This document shows positions 1-11,129 of a DNA stretch of 64,000 nt, one piece after another. The stretch is from an uncultured Acidobacteriota bacterium (GTDB lineage: Bacteria; Acidobacteriota; UBA6911), in assembly GCA_963843575.1 (NCBI GenBank), contig CAWJKZ010000009.1, forward strand, positions 64,001 to 128,000, in the 5' to 3' direction. The number at the start of each line of letters is the position of its first letter. Positions within the stretch are counted from its first letter, which is position 1. The position numbers and the translations under genes were made by a program. Under the pieces are notes generated by a model that ran no database searches, was not told the origin of the DNA, and saw only the letters and a program-made list of their open reading frames with translations.

Positions 1-228
1 TATGGAGTTTCGCGACAGAACCCAGTCTAAGTCTAAAGAAGGGCGAGCGGGCAGTTGGTGGAGCAGCTACCGGCCGGATCGGTAACGCCTTGGAGGGATC
101 TAGGTCTTGCCTGCAACCTTTTCCCTGATTGGACCACTCACCTTGCGAAAGGTTTGACTTCTTGCGGATACTGATGCGTCGATGGAACGCGGGGGGCAAC
201 TCACAACCAATTGAATCAGGGGGGAATA

Positions 229-2685
229 ATGACATCACTCCCGAACGACCTCTGCCTCACCTTCCGACTATTGCGTCGGCGTCCTGCTTTTGCCGCGGTA
301 GTTCTGCTCACCCTCGCGGTGAGCATCGGGGCCAATTCCACCATGTTCAGCGTTGTCAATGCCGTGCTTTTGCAGGCTTTGCCCTATCCGGACTCAACTA
401 ACCTGGTGCAGCTCTTTTTTGCACTTCCCAAGGACGATGTGCTGGTCAAATTCCTGGGAACCGAAAGGGTGGATTTCCCCTGGGCGGATTTCGAGGACAT
501 TCGCTCTCAACAGCAGGTTTGCGATGGTCTGGCTGCCTATCGCCCGATGGATACGAACTTCAGGTCGGACCAAGGACCCGAGCGACTCGTGGGGGCAGAT
601 GTAAGCAGCGGGTTCTTTTCCCTTCTCGGAATTAACCCTCTGTTGGGCCGAGGCTTCCAGCAGACAGATTCGATTTCGTCCAATAGCCGGACGGTTGTTC
701 TCAGCCACAGTCTCTGGCAGAGGCATTTCGCAGGAACACCCGAAGTTATTGGAAAGAGTGTCCTGCTGGATGGATCCCCATACACGGTGGCGGGTGTCAT
801 GCCGGCCAGCTTCTCTTCCATTCCGACCAAGGATTGGAGTGTCCGTTCCGGGCTCATCCGGTCTCATCTCGAACCGGAACTTTGGATCCGACATGTGCCG
901 TCACCCGATGATCAGGACCGGAGTTCCATGCAATTCAACGTAATAGCTCGTCTTAAATCCGGAATCACTGCGGAGCGTGCCCAGGCTGATCTCAATGTGA
1001 TCGCCCGCCGACTGGGTCAGCAATATCCGCACTGCACCAAGGACTGGGGGATTGCGGTCGAGCCGCTGCACAAAGCGCTGCGAGGAAGGTATCGCACGCT
1101 GCTTTCGATTTTGCAGGGTGCCGCAGGCCTGGTCCTGCTGATTGCCTCCATCAATCTGGCCAATCTCCTGTTGAGCAGGTCGGCGGGGCGGAAGGCGGAA
1201 CTGGCCATTCGCACGTCTTTGGGCGCCAATCGCGTCCGCATCCTGCGCCAACTCCTTACTGAGAGTCTTGTACTTTCCATGCTGGGAGGGGGAACGGGCC
1301 TTCTACTTACGTATGAGGGCATACAACTGCTCAACAATTTCCTGCCTGCAATCTTCGTCGGAATTCCTCTGATCCGCGTCGATACTCAGGTGTTTGGGTT
1401 TACCCTGCTTATATCTTTGCTTGCAGGAGCCGGATTCGGCTTGGCGCCGGCTATTCAATCTTCGCGGGTCGACCTGAATTCGGAGCTTCGCCAATCGCAG
1501 ATGCGGGCCACGCGTTCCGGCCGAAACAGGCTAAGTCGACTTCTGATCGTGGCCCAGGTCAGTCTGACCCTGTCATTGCTCATCGCCGCCGGATTGCTGG
1601 TCAAGGCCTTTTACCATCTTTGGCACATCAACCCGGGCTGCCGGATAGACAACGTATTGACAATGCGGCTCAATTACACTGTTGAAGGTACTCCGGGTGA
1701 GCAGACATTGCGCAATTACTTTCGACGCGTGCTCGACAGAATGAACGCAATGCCTGGAGTTGAATCCGCCGGCTTGGTGGGGGTGGTACCGACCGCCGGG
1801 AGTCCATATAACTCTTATATCTCGTTGATGGGCCGCCCCGATCTGCAGAACAACCGTGTGCTCGTCAGCTACCAGCCTGCCAGCTCGCAATATTTCCGGA
1901 CAATGGGAATTCCCTTGCGGCAGGGACGGTACTTTACGGACCTGGATGATGAAAACGCGCCCTTGGTTGCTCTTATCGGAGAAACCATGGCTGAGAGATT
2001 TTGGCCGGGCCAGAATCCTGTGGGCAAGCAAGTTCATTTGGATGGCAAGCCCCGGACCGTATTGGGTGTGGTTGGGGATGTGCGTCAGGAAGATCTGTCC
2101 AGGGCTTACCGCTGCAGCATGTATCTACCTTACCCGCAATACCTCACTTCCAGCATGACCGTGGTAGTGAGGACGGCCAATCCTCAGGCTTTGATCGACT
2201 CGGTGAGGAAGTCGATTTATGCCATCGATGCCGGCCACCCGGTTTCTCATGTACGCACCATGGAAACAGTCGTTGCTGACGGCCTGATATCCCTGCGTCT
2301 TATCATGTTCCTGTTGCTGATGATGGCTGGCCTCGCCCTCATTCTGGCTCTGCTTGGGATTTATGGTGTCCTCTCCAACCTGGTGACACAACGAAGACGG
2401 GAGATTGGAGTGCGAATGGCCCTGGGTGCCCGTCGATGGGATGTATTAAAGATGGTACTGCAACAGGGATTATCGCCGGTTTTGCTCGGAATCGGAGCAG
2501 GAATCATGCTTTCGTTAGGTATCACCCGCATTCTTTCCAACCAACTCTATGGTGTAACGCCAACTGATCCTGCAACCTTCGCCCTGGTGAGTATGCTGAT
2601 GATCGCCGCCGCTTCGTTGGCCTGCGTGATTCCTGCGGGCAAAGCTGCTCATGTGGACCCCTTGGTTACTCTGAAGTGTGATTGA
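229..2685 (+). CDS. ABC-type duplicated orphan permease (ADOP; MacB_PCD/FtsX duplicated)
   Basis: N-terminal DL..FRLLRRRPAF..LTLAVSIGANSTMFSVVNAVLL; two FtsX motifs (LIASINLANLLL..RKAELAIRTSLGA and QRRREIGVRMALGA); C-terminal VDPLVTLK. ATG 229 follows a G-rich RBS. Confidence 0.92.
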   Translation: MTSLPNDLCLTFRLLRRRPAFAAVVLLTLAVSIGANSTMFSVVNAVLLQALPYPDSTNLVQLFFALPKDDVLVKFLGTERVDFPWADFEDIRSQQQVCDGLAAYRPMDTNFRSDQGPERLVGADVSSGFFSLLGINPLLGRGFQQTDSISSNSRTVVLSHSLWQRHFAGTPEVIGKSVLLDGSPYTVAGVMPASFSSIPTKDWSVRSGLIRSHLEPELWIRHVPSPDDQDRSSMQFNVIARLKSGITAERAQADLNVIARRLGQQYPHCTKDWGIAVEPLHKALRGRYRTLLSILQGAAGLVLLIASINLANLLLSRSAGRKAELAIRTSLGANRVRILRQLLTESLVLSMLGGGTGLLLTYEGIQLLNNFLPAIFVGIPLIRVDTQVFGFTLLISLLAGAGFGLAPAIQSSRVDLNSELRQSQMRATRSGRNRLSRLLIVAQVSLTLSLLIAAGLLVKAFYHLWHINPGCRIDNVLTMRLNYTVEGTPGEQTLRNYFRRVLDRMNAMPGVESAGLVGVVPTAGSPYNSYISLMGRPDLQNNRVLVSYQPASSQYFRTMGIPLRQGRYFTDLDDENAPLVALIGETMAERFWPGQNPVGKQVHLDGKPRTVLGVVGDVRQEDLSRAYRCSMYLPYPQYLTSSMTVVVRTANPQALIDSVRKSIYAIDAGHPVSHVRTMETVVADGLISLRLIMFLLLMMAGLALILALLGIYGVLSNLVTQRRREIGVRMALGARRWDVLKMVLQQGLSPVLLGIGAGIMLSLGITRILSNQLYGVTPTDPATFALVSMLMIAAASLACVIPAGKAAHVDPLVTLKCD

Positions 2686-2843
2686 ACCTGAATTGTGCGC
2701 CGTATGAGGGATTGGACGGAACCGTGACATGGAAAAACTACCCGGGAGACCAGCCGCCGGCCAAGAGCGGATCCGGGCGATGCAACAACAAGCTCGCCCT
2801 AAACGCCGGGTGCCGTCATCCTGCCACTGGGTGCACTGGAGGT

Positions 2844-2945
2844 ATCGGCCAGGGCGTAGGCCTTGCGCTGCGCCGGTGTCATGTGGGCCAGCTCGATGCA
2901 GGGTTCCGTTTCCATGCCCTGCTTCCTGGCTGCGAGCAGCCTGCC
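2844..2945 (-). pseudogene. Relic of a ParB/Srx-like N-terminal domain (as in phage DNA methyltransferases)
   Basis: GRLLAARKQGMETEPCIELAHMTPAQRKAYALAD matches the GHGRLxAAxxLG..VP.I.L..L...Q.RAY.LADN pattern; no start or continuation. Confidence 0.6.
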
Positions 2946-3330
2946 CTCGAGCGGTCCGGCGCCTCGGCGGCAGATCGCCATCTATCTGCCAATCCGCCGC
3001 GCGCCGAACCCTATCCGCTGGTCGTTGTATTCCACAAACACGCCTATCTTGGCGAAGCGGGAAAGTTGGGTTTGATTCCCACGCCCACGATCCTCGACAA
3101 CCTGATCTCGGAAGTGCTAATTCGGTGTCGCTGCTCCACTTCATGGTGAACTCCTTTCTCCCTAAACAGGGTGAAGGAGTTCATACTATGTCGATGTCGC
3201 ATCGACCGTTGCCCCGGAAAGCCGGCCCGGGCTTACCGTTCAAGACATAGTCGGGAAGGGTAGATCGAACCCAAGGTGCAAAGCACCGGAGTCACAGGAT
3301 TCGCCGACTCCCGGCAGTGCGAGGAGCACT

Positions 3331-5775
3331 ATGCAGCGTAAGGCGCTTCTGGGTTTCCTGCTGCTGGCCGTCAACTCCGGCGTTCTTGCGGCCGCGGCCG
3401 ACCACTACCTGCCCCAAATCGTGAACGGGCGGTCGGGAGGCGTTCTCATGCGGACGACCTTCCTGCTCGTCAACAAGCGCACACTCCCCGTACCCTTGAC
3501 CCTTTCGCTCACGGCCGACGATGGCTTACCACTTGCGCTGACCATGGTGGGCGCGGGAAGCTCCAGCACCTTCCGGCTCACGCTGGGGCCCGCCCAGACG
3601 CGCATTCTGCGGACGGACGGCTCCGGCGGCCTGCGCACGGGCGCGGCCGTCTTGTCGGCGGGCGACGGCGTCGATGTGTCCGTTGTGTTCTCGGTGATCC
3701 CGGAGGGACGCTCAGGATCCGAGACCGGCGTCGGAGCTGCGCCGCCGTTGTCGGCCTTCTATGTGCCGGTCGATGCGGCCGGCAGCTCCTCCGTCGGGGT
3801 GGCTCTGCTGAATCCCGGCGGCCAGGCCTCGGAAGTCAGATTCCGTCTGATCGATCGACAAGGGTCCGAGGCCGGCGTGCAGGAACGGCGGCTGGAAGCC
3901 GGGCATCACATGGCCATCTTTGTGACGGGCGCAGGTCAGCTCTTTCCTGGGTTCTCGGACTTTCAGGGAATCCTGTCAGTGATGAGCACGCAACCGCTCT
4001 CCGCCATCACGCTGAAGCAGTATGCGGACCCGATTTCGTATACATCGTTCCCGGTAATTTCGGCCTCGGCCGCCGCAAATGAGTTCACCTTCGCGCACCT
4101 CGCGATCGGGCGATCCCTGACCGAGCGCTACCGGACCTCATTTCTCGTTTTCAATGCAGGATCCTCCGCCGCCCACGTTTCGCTCGACCTGACCCGCGAC
4201 GATGGGAGCCCGCTCACAGCCAGCCTGCCCGGCGCCGTTGGAGCGGGTGGCCGATTTTGGTTGCCGGAGATTCCCGCTCTTGGCTCCGTCCTTCTCGAAA
4301 CGGGCGATGACGGCCCGGTTCAATCCGGGGCGGCCCGGCTGATATCGGATGCTCCCGTGGGCGCCGCGGCCGTGGTCCGCCTGTCGGATGGTTTCGGCAA
4401 CCGGGCGGCGGAGTCAGGCATTCCCAGCTGTCCGGCACTGAGCCAACTCACCATCCCAGTGGACTCCGGCCCGAACCTCGGGACCGGCGTGGCGTTCTTC
4501 AACGCCGGTCCCGAGGCGGCTCTATTGAGGGTGAGGTTGTTCAACGAACTTGGGCTCGAGCAGACGGCCGTTTCAGCCCTCACCCTGCCGGCCGGTTCAC
4601 ACGTGGCCCGCTATGTCACGGAGCTCTTTCCCGGAGCCATCGGCAGCCGGGGTTCGCTCGCCATCGAGTCGTCCTTCCCCATCGCAGCTGCGGCGTTGCG
4701 CCTGGGTTTGTCGCCGGCGGTCCTCACGACCCTGCCGATCGCTGCCGGCGCCGCCGTGAAGTGGCCCGGCTACTGGCCGACCAACGGATGGCGGACGTCG
4801 CTCCCGGAGGAACAGGGGATCGACTCCCAGATCCTGGTGGCCGGTGGCGAGTATGTGCGCACTCAGTTCCCTATGTGCTACAGCGTCAGCGTGGTCCGGC
4901 ACGGCCGGCTGGTATTCGAGCGCTACTACAACGGGGTTCAACCCGGCGACGCCACTAACATCATGTCCGTCACGAAGAGTGTCCTCTCAGCCCTGACCGG
5001 CATTGCCCTCGAACAGAAGATCCTTCAAGGCGTCGATCAGCCCATCGCCGACTACTACCCGGAATACTTCACTCCTGCGCTCGATCCAGGGAAGCGGGAA
5101 ATTCGCATCAGGCACCTCCTGACCATGACGGCCGGCCTCGAGTGGCAGGAGTGGGGGTCGGTCTTCTACCAGTGGCTCCAATCGAGAGACTTCCTCAGGT
5201 TCGCCATCGAACTCCCTCTGGTCAGCGCCCCAGGCGGGCAGTTCAACTACAACACGGCGCTGACCCACCTCCAGTCGGGGATACTGACCAGGGCGTCGGG
5301 GCTGACCACCCTCGAGTTCGGGAGAAGGAATCTCTTCGACCCTTTGGGCTTCACACGATTCCAATGGATGACAGACCCACAGGGCTACAACATCGGTGGC
5401 GCTGAGCTCTACCTTACGCCGCGGGACATGGCGAAGTTCGGGTATCTGTTCCTTGAGCAGGGCTACTGGGAAGACCGGCAGTTGGTGCCCGCGGCCTGGG
5501 TTCGGGAGTCCACCAGCATCAAAGTTGCCGACCCGAACCAAACCGGGTTTACGGATTACGGTTACCTGTGGTGGCTGGGTTGGATTCAAGGCCAATGGTA
5601 CTTCAGGGCCGCCGGCCACGGGGGCCAATCGATCTTCATCTTCCCGGACCTCGACATGGTTGTGGTCCTCACTGCACGATCCGATGTGACTACGGAGCAG
5701 AATTCCGTCAACTACTCGCGCACATTCACTTACCTGAGGGAGTACGTGCTCAAGGCCGTCGATCCCGAATGGTGA
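3331..5775 (+). CDS. Exported serine hydrolase (beta-lactamase/class C-like domain) with N-terminal tandem beta-sandwich repeats
   Basis: Signal peptide; two ~225-aa repeats; C-terminal SVTK (SxxK), FNYNT, IRHLLTMTAG, YGYLWW and AAGHGGQ; GAGGAG RBS. Confidence 0.88.
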   Translation: MQRKALLGFLLLAVNSGVLAAAADHYLPQIVNGRSGGVLMRTTFLLVNKRTLPVPLTLSLTADDGLPLALTMVGAGSSSTFRLTLGPAQTRILRTDGSGGLRTGAAVLSAGDGVDVSVVFSVIPEGRSGSETGVGAAPPLSAFYVPVDAAGSSSVGVALLNPGGQASEVRFRLIDRQGSEAGVQERRLEAGHHMAIFVTGAGQLFPGFSDFQGILSVMSTQPLSAITLKQYADPISYTSFPVISASAAANEFTFAHLAIGRSLTERYRTSFLVFNAGSSAAHVSLDLTRDDGSPLTASLPGAVGAGGRFWLPEIPALGSVLLETGDDGPVQSGAARLISDAPVGAAAVVRLSDGFGNRAAESGIPSCPALSQLTIPVDSGPNLGTGVAFFNAGPEAALLRVRLFNELGLEQTAVSALTLPAGSHVARYVTELFPGAIGSRGSLAIESSFPIAAAALRLGLSPAVLTTLPIAAGAAVKWPGYWPTNGWRTSLPEEQGIDSQILVAGGEYVRTQFPMCYSVSVVRHGRLVFERYYNGVQPGDATNIMSVTKSVLSALTGIALEQKILQGVDQPIADYYPEYFTPALDPGKREIRIRHLLTMTAGLEWQEWGSVFYQWLQSRDFLRFAIELPLVSAPGGQFNYNTALTHLQSGILTRASGLTTLEFGRRNLFDPLGFTRFQWMTDPQGYNIGGAELYLTPRDMAKFGYLFLEQGYWEDRQLVPAAWVRESTSIKVADPNQTGFTDYGYLWWLGWIQGQWYFRAAGHGGQSIFIFPDLDMVVVLTARSDVTTEQNSVNYSRTFTYLREYVLKAVDPEW

Positions 5776-5995
5776 AAAAGTCGGACGTCCCCAAACTGCT
5801 CCCCGATCAAGCGTCGCGCGCAGCGTTGCCAGCATCCGGGGCATGCCGTTACAACCGTTTACGGCCCGCTGAGAGCTGCCGTTGCCTCATCCAATCCGGA
5901 GGTAGAACTGGATGACTTTTGTAACCCGCATGGATTGGCTAAGATTCATTGAAAGCAGAACGGAATGGCTCCGTGCTGAAATCTTTGTGGTACAA

Positions 5996-6370
5996 ATGAT
6001 GCCTACACAATTCAGATCCCTCGTTCCCCTGATACAAGTTCGAAGCGTGTCGCAGTCGATCGCCTTTTATCAGAAACTCGGTTTCGAGATAGGCAACTCA
6101 TTTTCCCCGGAAGGACAGGAGGAACCCGGTTGGGCCTGGCTGGATGGAGGCCAGGTTCATCTGATGCTCGGGCAGGCCGAAGAACCTGCGGTCCCGTCAC
6201 AACAGGGAGTGCTTTTCTGCCTTTACTGTTCTGACGTGGCGGCCATGCGAACGGTCCTGGTCCAAAAAGGGGTATCCGCCGGTGAAATTACTTTCCCTTT
6301 TTACGCGCCCCATGGTGAGTTTCGCATCGAGGATCCGGACGGTTATGTCTTGATGGTAACCCACACGTAG
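5996..6370 (+). CDS. VOC/glyoxalase-bleomycin resistance family protein
   Basis: SIAFYQKLGF and PFYAPHGEFRIEDPDGYVL motifs; start taken at MMPTQF. Confidence 0.85.
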   Translation: MMPTQFRSLVPLIQVRSVSQSIAFYQKLGFEIGNSFSPEGQEEPGWAWLDGGQVHLMLGQAEEPAVPSQQGVLFCLYCSDVAAMRTVLVQKGVSAGEITFPFYAPHGEFRIEDPDGYVLMVTHT

Positions 6371-6556
6371 CCGGCGGGTTCGCTGAGGTTCGGCGCGAAG
6401 CAAGGGAAGAGATGGAGCGTGCGCACCGATTGATGAAACGGGTCGTGGCCAGCGTACACGGATAACTTGTGCTCGTTTCCCGCCGGGGTCCAGGAGGCGG
6501 GGGGCTCCCGTGATTGTCTAATGCGACACAGAAACGATAGGATCAGGCACGAAATC

Positions 6557-6874
6557 ATGGCTAAAGGGAAACGGAAGCTCACCGCTACAGAGAAAGCCGC
6601 GAAAAAGCTCCGACGCAGGGAGTCTATGACGATCTTCATCCGCGGAAAGCAAAAGCGCGTCAGGCGGCCTCCCACAATCGACGGCCTGGACGTCGATGAA
6701 TTCATTCGAAGGAACGCTGATCCTATATGGCTGCACCAGAGCGAGATGTGGGAATACATGGATTTGCCGGAACAACCAGACGGTGATGATATGGACTCAG
6801 AGCTGGTCTCGCAGAACTCAGTAGACGAAGCGCTCCCCCTCGAAGACGCTGGAGACGATGATATACCGTTCTGA
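6557..6874 (+). CDS. Small hypothetical protein (basic N-terminus, acidic DDDIPF tail)
   Basis: Coherent ORF MAKGKRKL...IFIRGKQKRVRRPPTIDGLDVDEFIRRNADPIWLHQ; start uncertain. Confidence 0.6.
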   Translation: MAKGKRKLTATEKAAKKLRRRESMTIFIRGKQKRVRRPPTIDGLDVDEFIRRNADPIWLHQSEMWEYMDLPEQPDGDDMDSELVSQNSVDEALPLEDAGDDDIPF

Positions 6875-7004
6875 TAAAGGGACATCCCATCCGGTTTCCC
6901 TTCTCCCTGGCTAGACCCACCCTGGAAGATCGCCCTCGTCCCTTCCACGACCAGAATAAGCGATGCCGTGGTAAATTACACGACTCTACAGGAGCCGGGG
7001 CTGA

Positions 7005-8717
7005 ATGGAGGATTTCACGAACATCGAGTTTCACCGCTCTGGGTATGGGATGCTCCCCGACATGCAGGACAAAGATCCCGGCATGCCGATCTGCTTTCCA
7101 AGGAATGCCGGCGGAGAAATACTCACCGGCAAATGCGACTGCCGCCAAAGCAGGAAAGGGCAGGATTGTGCGCATTTTGAGCGGCTGGTTCGGGCTGCGC
7201 GCCAGATAAGGAAACAAAATGGGGGCCGTTCCTGGGGAGACGCCTTCAATGCAAGCTTGTGGTACCGACTCGCAGCCATTTTGAGCGAAGGAGATGCTGT
7301 CCTGTGCCCTGACATTCGTGCCGCCCGCAATCCGCAGGAGCGGACTTGGAGCTTCCTGTCTCCGCGGGAGGCCCTGTTAGCGAAGTCACTGGATGACTCC
7401 GAAGCTTCATTGAGGCTGCTCGAACGGGCCGGAAAGACACCGCGGTCAAATCGCTTCCGGGACCGCGCCGCACTCATACGGCACCTCGCCATCATACTGC
7501 GCGGCGAGGATGAGAAGAGGATGAACGAAGCAGGGGTCCTCACCTATCGCCAGACCACGGAACAGAGCTTCTGGGGAATGCTCGCCTATCACTGCTTCCG
7601 GGAATACGGCGCCGCCTGTACCTTCCACCCTGCAATCGAGCAGGCGACCGGCGATTTTGTTCTCAAGTGCCGCTCCCGCAGCGAGGAACTCTTGCTGGAA
7701 CTTGTTCTGCCGCGCCGGCGGGTACGCAAGGCCCTTGGACTGCTGGCTGCCGAATTTCCTGGACAGGCCGACCTGGCGCTCCATCCTGTCCCGCTCAAAT
7801 CGATATTCCTCGTCTCGCAGAAAACGAAATTGGATCTCGAGGTGCGCCCCATGATCCAGACACTGCAGTCTTCAGGTGAGGCGCGGTTTATCGCCAGCGA
7901 GGACTGTGCAAGATTTCGATATGGCGATCTCGTGTATCTGCGCGAAATGAATATCCTGGCGGAGTTGGAAACGCCAGGCACAGCAAGAAGATTCGTCGCC
8001 CCGACCAGCATGAAACTCAAACGAAGCCAGCTCCCGGCGTAGCTTGACGAACACCGGCGCGACCTGGAAGACGGCCTGCTGGTGCTCGACGAACCGTTGC
8101 GCGAGCTTTCAATTCTGCGGGAACCGACGGCATCGAGATTGTCTCGGAGACGCTCGAACGCAGTTGGTATTGGCTTTCGATCCGCTACGGATTCGGAGAC
8201 GAATCCGTTTCCCTCGCAGACATCCTGCAGGCGAAGCGCGCGGGCCAGGGGTACATCCAGCTCCGTCGCGGTTGGGTGGATGTCAATTCGCAGGCATTCA
8301 GAGCCCTTGACCAGATAGAGAAACACGAGGCACTCGCGATCGAGGGGAGGAAGGTACGCTTCTCGCCCGTCGATCTGCTGCGCCTGATGTCGTCCAATTG
8401 CCAACCTCTCCGAATCAAGGAAGAAGACCAGCGCGCCGAAATCGTGAAGCGGCTGCTCGCACTGAAACCAGCGCTTCCCGGAGGCCGTCTCAGGGGAATG
8501 GTCACTCCGTTGCGCCCGTACCAGATGAAGGGAGTCGACTGGCTTCGCTTTCTGTTCGAAAACAATCTCGGCGGTTTGCTTTGCGACGACATGGGACTCG
8601 GCAAAACCCACCAGACGATGGCGCTGATGATCTCTCTTCGCGAACGCAACCGGATCAAGGATCCGTTCCTGATTGTCTGTCCTACCACCGTCATAAGCCA
8701 CTGGATGAACAAGATTC
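7005..8717 (+). pseudogene. SWIM-like zinc finger/SNF2-family helicase, disrupted
   Basis: CDC..CAH at the N-terminus; LRPYQMKGVDWL, LCDDMGLGKT and LIVCPTTVISHW motifs; in-frame TAG at 8040-8042; frameshift near 8135; cut by the IS at 8718; motif II onward absent. Confidence 0.85.
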
Positions 8718-8774
8718 CAGACCTCCTGACATAGTGTCGCGGACCCGCGTGTTTAGTGGGTATGCGTCAGGGGT

Positions 8775-9381
8775 AGGGGGGGACCCAAACCTGTCCGCTT
8801 TTTGTGACGCCGGTTTTTCGACTCCGGGGGGATCTGGCATGCTCCTGCCATGGCAGGAGCAGAACAGCAACGACGGCTTTTTCCGGATCCTCCTTGCGAC
8901 GACGCGACGATCCTCATAAATGATCGCTGCGTCATTCGGACGGAGCATGACTCTCGGCTTGTGGTCGTGTCGGGTATTCCGCTCGCGCAATACGCTGTAG
9001 GGGATAGAATGGCCGAGGCGCACGCGAAGGTCACCCTCGTAGAAGCAGGATGGGCGGACCAGAACGATGTTGCCCACGCGTTCGGTTGCTCGGCGCGCAC
9101 TGTCCGCCGGCATCAGCGTCGGTTCGGAGCGGGTGGACTCCCGGCGCTCGCCCGCGAGGATGGATATCCAACTGGATGGCGACGAATTGCACGGTCGCGA
9201 GAGCAACTCGTGCTTCGGCTGAAGGCACAGGGCCAGTCGAACCACGAGATTGCACGCCGCCTCGGCGTGACTCCAAAAGCAGTACGGAAGCTGCTGAAAC
9301 GACTTGGCTGGTGTGGGACCGAGCCGGGGCAACCTTCTCTCCCCATCGCGGCAGGGGGGGACCCAAACCTGTCCGCTTTTT
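8775..9381 (+). repeat. 29-bp direct repeat AGGGGGGGACCCAAACCTGTCCGCTTTTT (8775-8803, 9353-9381); core inverted at 11132-11142
   Basis: Exact duplication read from the sequence; AAAAGCGGACA near the right TIR is the reverse complement of the core TGTCCGCTTTT. Confidence 0.85.
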
Positions 9382-11129
9382 CCCCTCGCGGTCGCGATGG
9401 CGCAACTGCGGCGCGTCCACTCAGGGCCCCAATGGTCTCCACTGCCCCAGAGGACGACGAACCGATTCCAGTGTCGTTTGATACCGACCCCTCCGACCGC
9501 CGCATAGACCGAGTCCTGGCGTACTTGGGCCTGCTCGATGACGCAGCTCCGCTCTTCCGTTCCGGTACTCACGTACCGCGCGCCGGCGTATTGCTCGCAG
9601 TGCCCGCTCTGGTCGACAGCGACGCGTTCACGATCGCCCGCAAGATCTACGGCAGTATCGGCCCCGCCTTCTACGGCCTGCGCACCACGTTGCTGGCCTT
9701 GCTGCTCATAGCGCTCCTGCGTATCAAACGGCCCGAAGCGCTTAAGGAACACGTGCCGCAGGATCTCGGACGGGTTCTCGGCCTCGATCGCGCACCCGAA
9801 GTGAAGACCCTGCGGCGCAAGCTCAGCCGTCTCGCTGCCTATGGCCGTGCCGCAGAGTTTGGACGTGCCCTGGCGCAACAGCGCGTGGCAGAGCGCGGGG
9901 CCGCGCTCGGGTTCCTGTACGTCGACGGACACGTCCGCGTCTATCACGGCAAGCGCACCCTGCCGAAGACCCACGTTGCACGTATGCGCCTGTCGATGCC
10001 CGCAACGACGGACTACTGGGTCAACGACACCGTCGGAGACCCACTCTTCGTCGTCACGGCTGAGGCGAACGCCGGCATGGTGAAGATGCTGCCCAAGGTG
10101 CTCGCCGAGGTCCGAGTCCTTGTCGGCGACCGACGCGTGACCGTGGTGTTCGGCCGGGGTGGCTTCAGCCCGAAACTCTTCCTCAAGCTGATCGCCGACG
10201 GCTTCGACATCCTCACGTACCGGAAGGGCCGCTTCCGGCGAGTCGGCCGATCGTGTTTTCGGGTGCACGACTCGGTCATCGACGGACGGAAGGTCTCGTA
10301 CAACCTGGCGGATCAAGAGGTGCGTCTCCTCAAAAGGAAACTCCGGCTGCGGCAGGTTACGCGACTCGCTGAGGACGGCCACCAGACTCCGATCTTGACC
10401 TCCCGGCGCGATCTGTCGACTCTCGAGGTCGCCCACAGGATGTTTGAGAGATGGCGCCAGGAGAACTTTTTCAAGTACTTGCGAGAGGAATATGCGCTCG
10501 ACGCCCTAGCCGACTACCGAGCCGTTCCGGATGACCCTGCGCGGGACGTCCCCAACCCCTATCGGCTGGAGATGACGGCCAAGATCAAAGAGGCTCGCGC
10601 CGTGCTCGAGCGGCTCACTGGCGAATACGGAGCCGAGGCTTTTCTCAATCCCGAGCAATCCCGGCCAACGATGCGCGGCTTCAAGATCGCGCAGAGCAAA
10701 CTCGCTGACCAGATCCGAGAGACGCTCGAACGTACCGCAAGACTCGAGGAATTGCGCGCCGCCATGCCTACCCGGGTCCCCGTCGGCGACCTCGTCAGGG
10801 ACGGCCTCGTCAAGCTCGATCCCGAGCGCAAGTTCCTGACCAACCTCATCAAATTGGTCGCCTATCAAGCGGAGAGCGACCTGGTGCGTCTTGTTGCTCC
10901 GCACTACAAGCGCACGGACCAGGAAGGGAGAACGTTGATCCAGTCGGCCCTCGCCGCGCCGGCGGATCTCGAAGTCACAGCGGAGGATCTCCGAGTCAGG
11001 ATCGTGCCGCTCAGTTCGCCGCACCGGAGTCGCGCCATCGCGTCCCTCTGCGACGAACTCAATCGGCGGTCCACCCGGTTTCCGGGTTCCCGGCTCCGCC
11101 TCAACTATGCTGTGCGCGAGGCACCGTGA
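8850..11129 (+). CDS. Large transposase with N-terminal HTH domains (YVDGHVRVYHG type, IS4-superfamily-like fold)
   Basis: Two HTHs (QNDVAHAFGCSARTVRR; SNHEIARRLGVTPKAVRKLL); FLYVDGH, VVFGRGG (expected D is G) and RWRQENFFK; fills the TIR-bounded interval. Confidence 0.85.
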   Translation: MAGAEQQRRLFPDPPCDDATILINDRCVIRTEHDSRLVVVSGIPLAQYAVGDRMAEAHAKVTLVEAGWADQNDVAHAFGCSARTVRRHQRRFGAGGLPALAREDGYPTGWRRIARSREQLVLRLKAQGQSNHEIARRLGVTPKAVRKLLKRLGWCGTEPGQPSLPIAAGGDPNLSAFSPRGRDGATAARPLRAPMVSTAPEDDEPIPVSFDTDPSDRRIDRVLAYLGLLDDAAPLFRSGTHVPRAGVLLAVPALVDSDAFTIARKIYGSIGPAFYGLRTTLLALLLIALLRIKRPEALKEHVPQDLGRVLGLDRAPEVKTLRRKLSRLAAYGRAAEFGRALAQQRVAERGAALGFLYVDGHVRVYHGKRTLPKTHVARMRLSMPATTDYWVNDTVGDPLFVVTAEANAGMVKMLPKVLAEVRVLVGDRRVTVVFGRGGFSPKLFLKLIADGFDILTYRKGRFRRVGRSCFRVHDSVIDGRKVSYNLADQEVRLLKRKLRLRQVTRLAEDGHQTPILTSRRDLSTLEVAHRMFERWRQENFFKYLREEYALDALADYRAVPDDPARDVPNPYRLEMTAKIKEARAVLERLTGEYGAEAFLNPEQSRPTMRGFKIAQSKLADQIRETLERTARLEELRAAMPTRVPVGDLVRDGLVKLDPERKFLTNLIKLVAYQAESDLVRLVAPHYKRTDQEGRTLIQSALAAPADLEVTAEDLRVRIVPLSSPHRSRAIASLCDELNRRSTRFPGSRLRLNYAVREAP

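Noticed and set aside
4760-5775. Bona fide beta-lactam resistance gene
   Set aside because: The motifs fit the broad esterase/amidase-like serine hydrolase family; resistance cannot be inferred.
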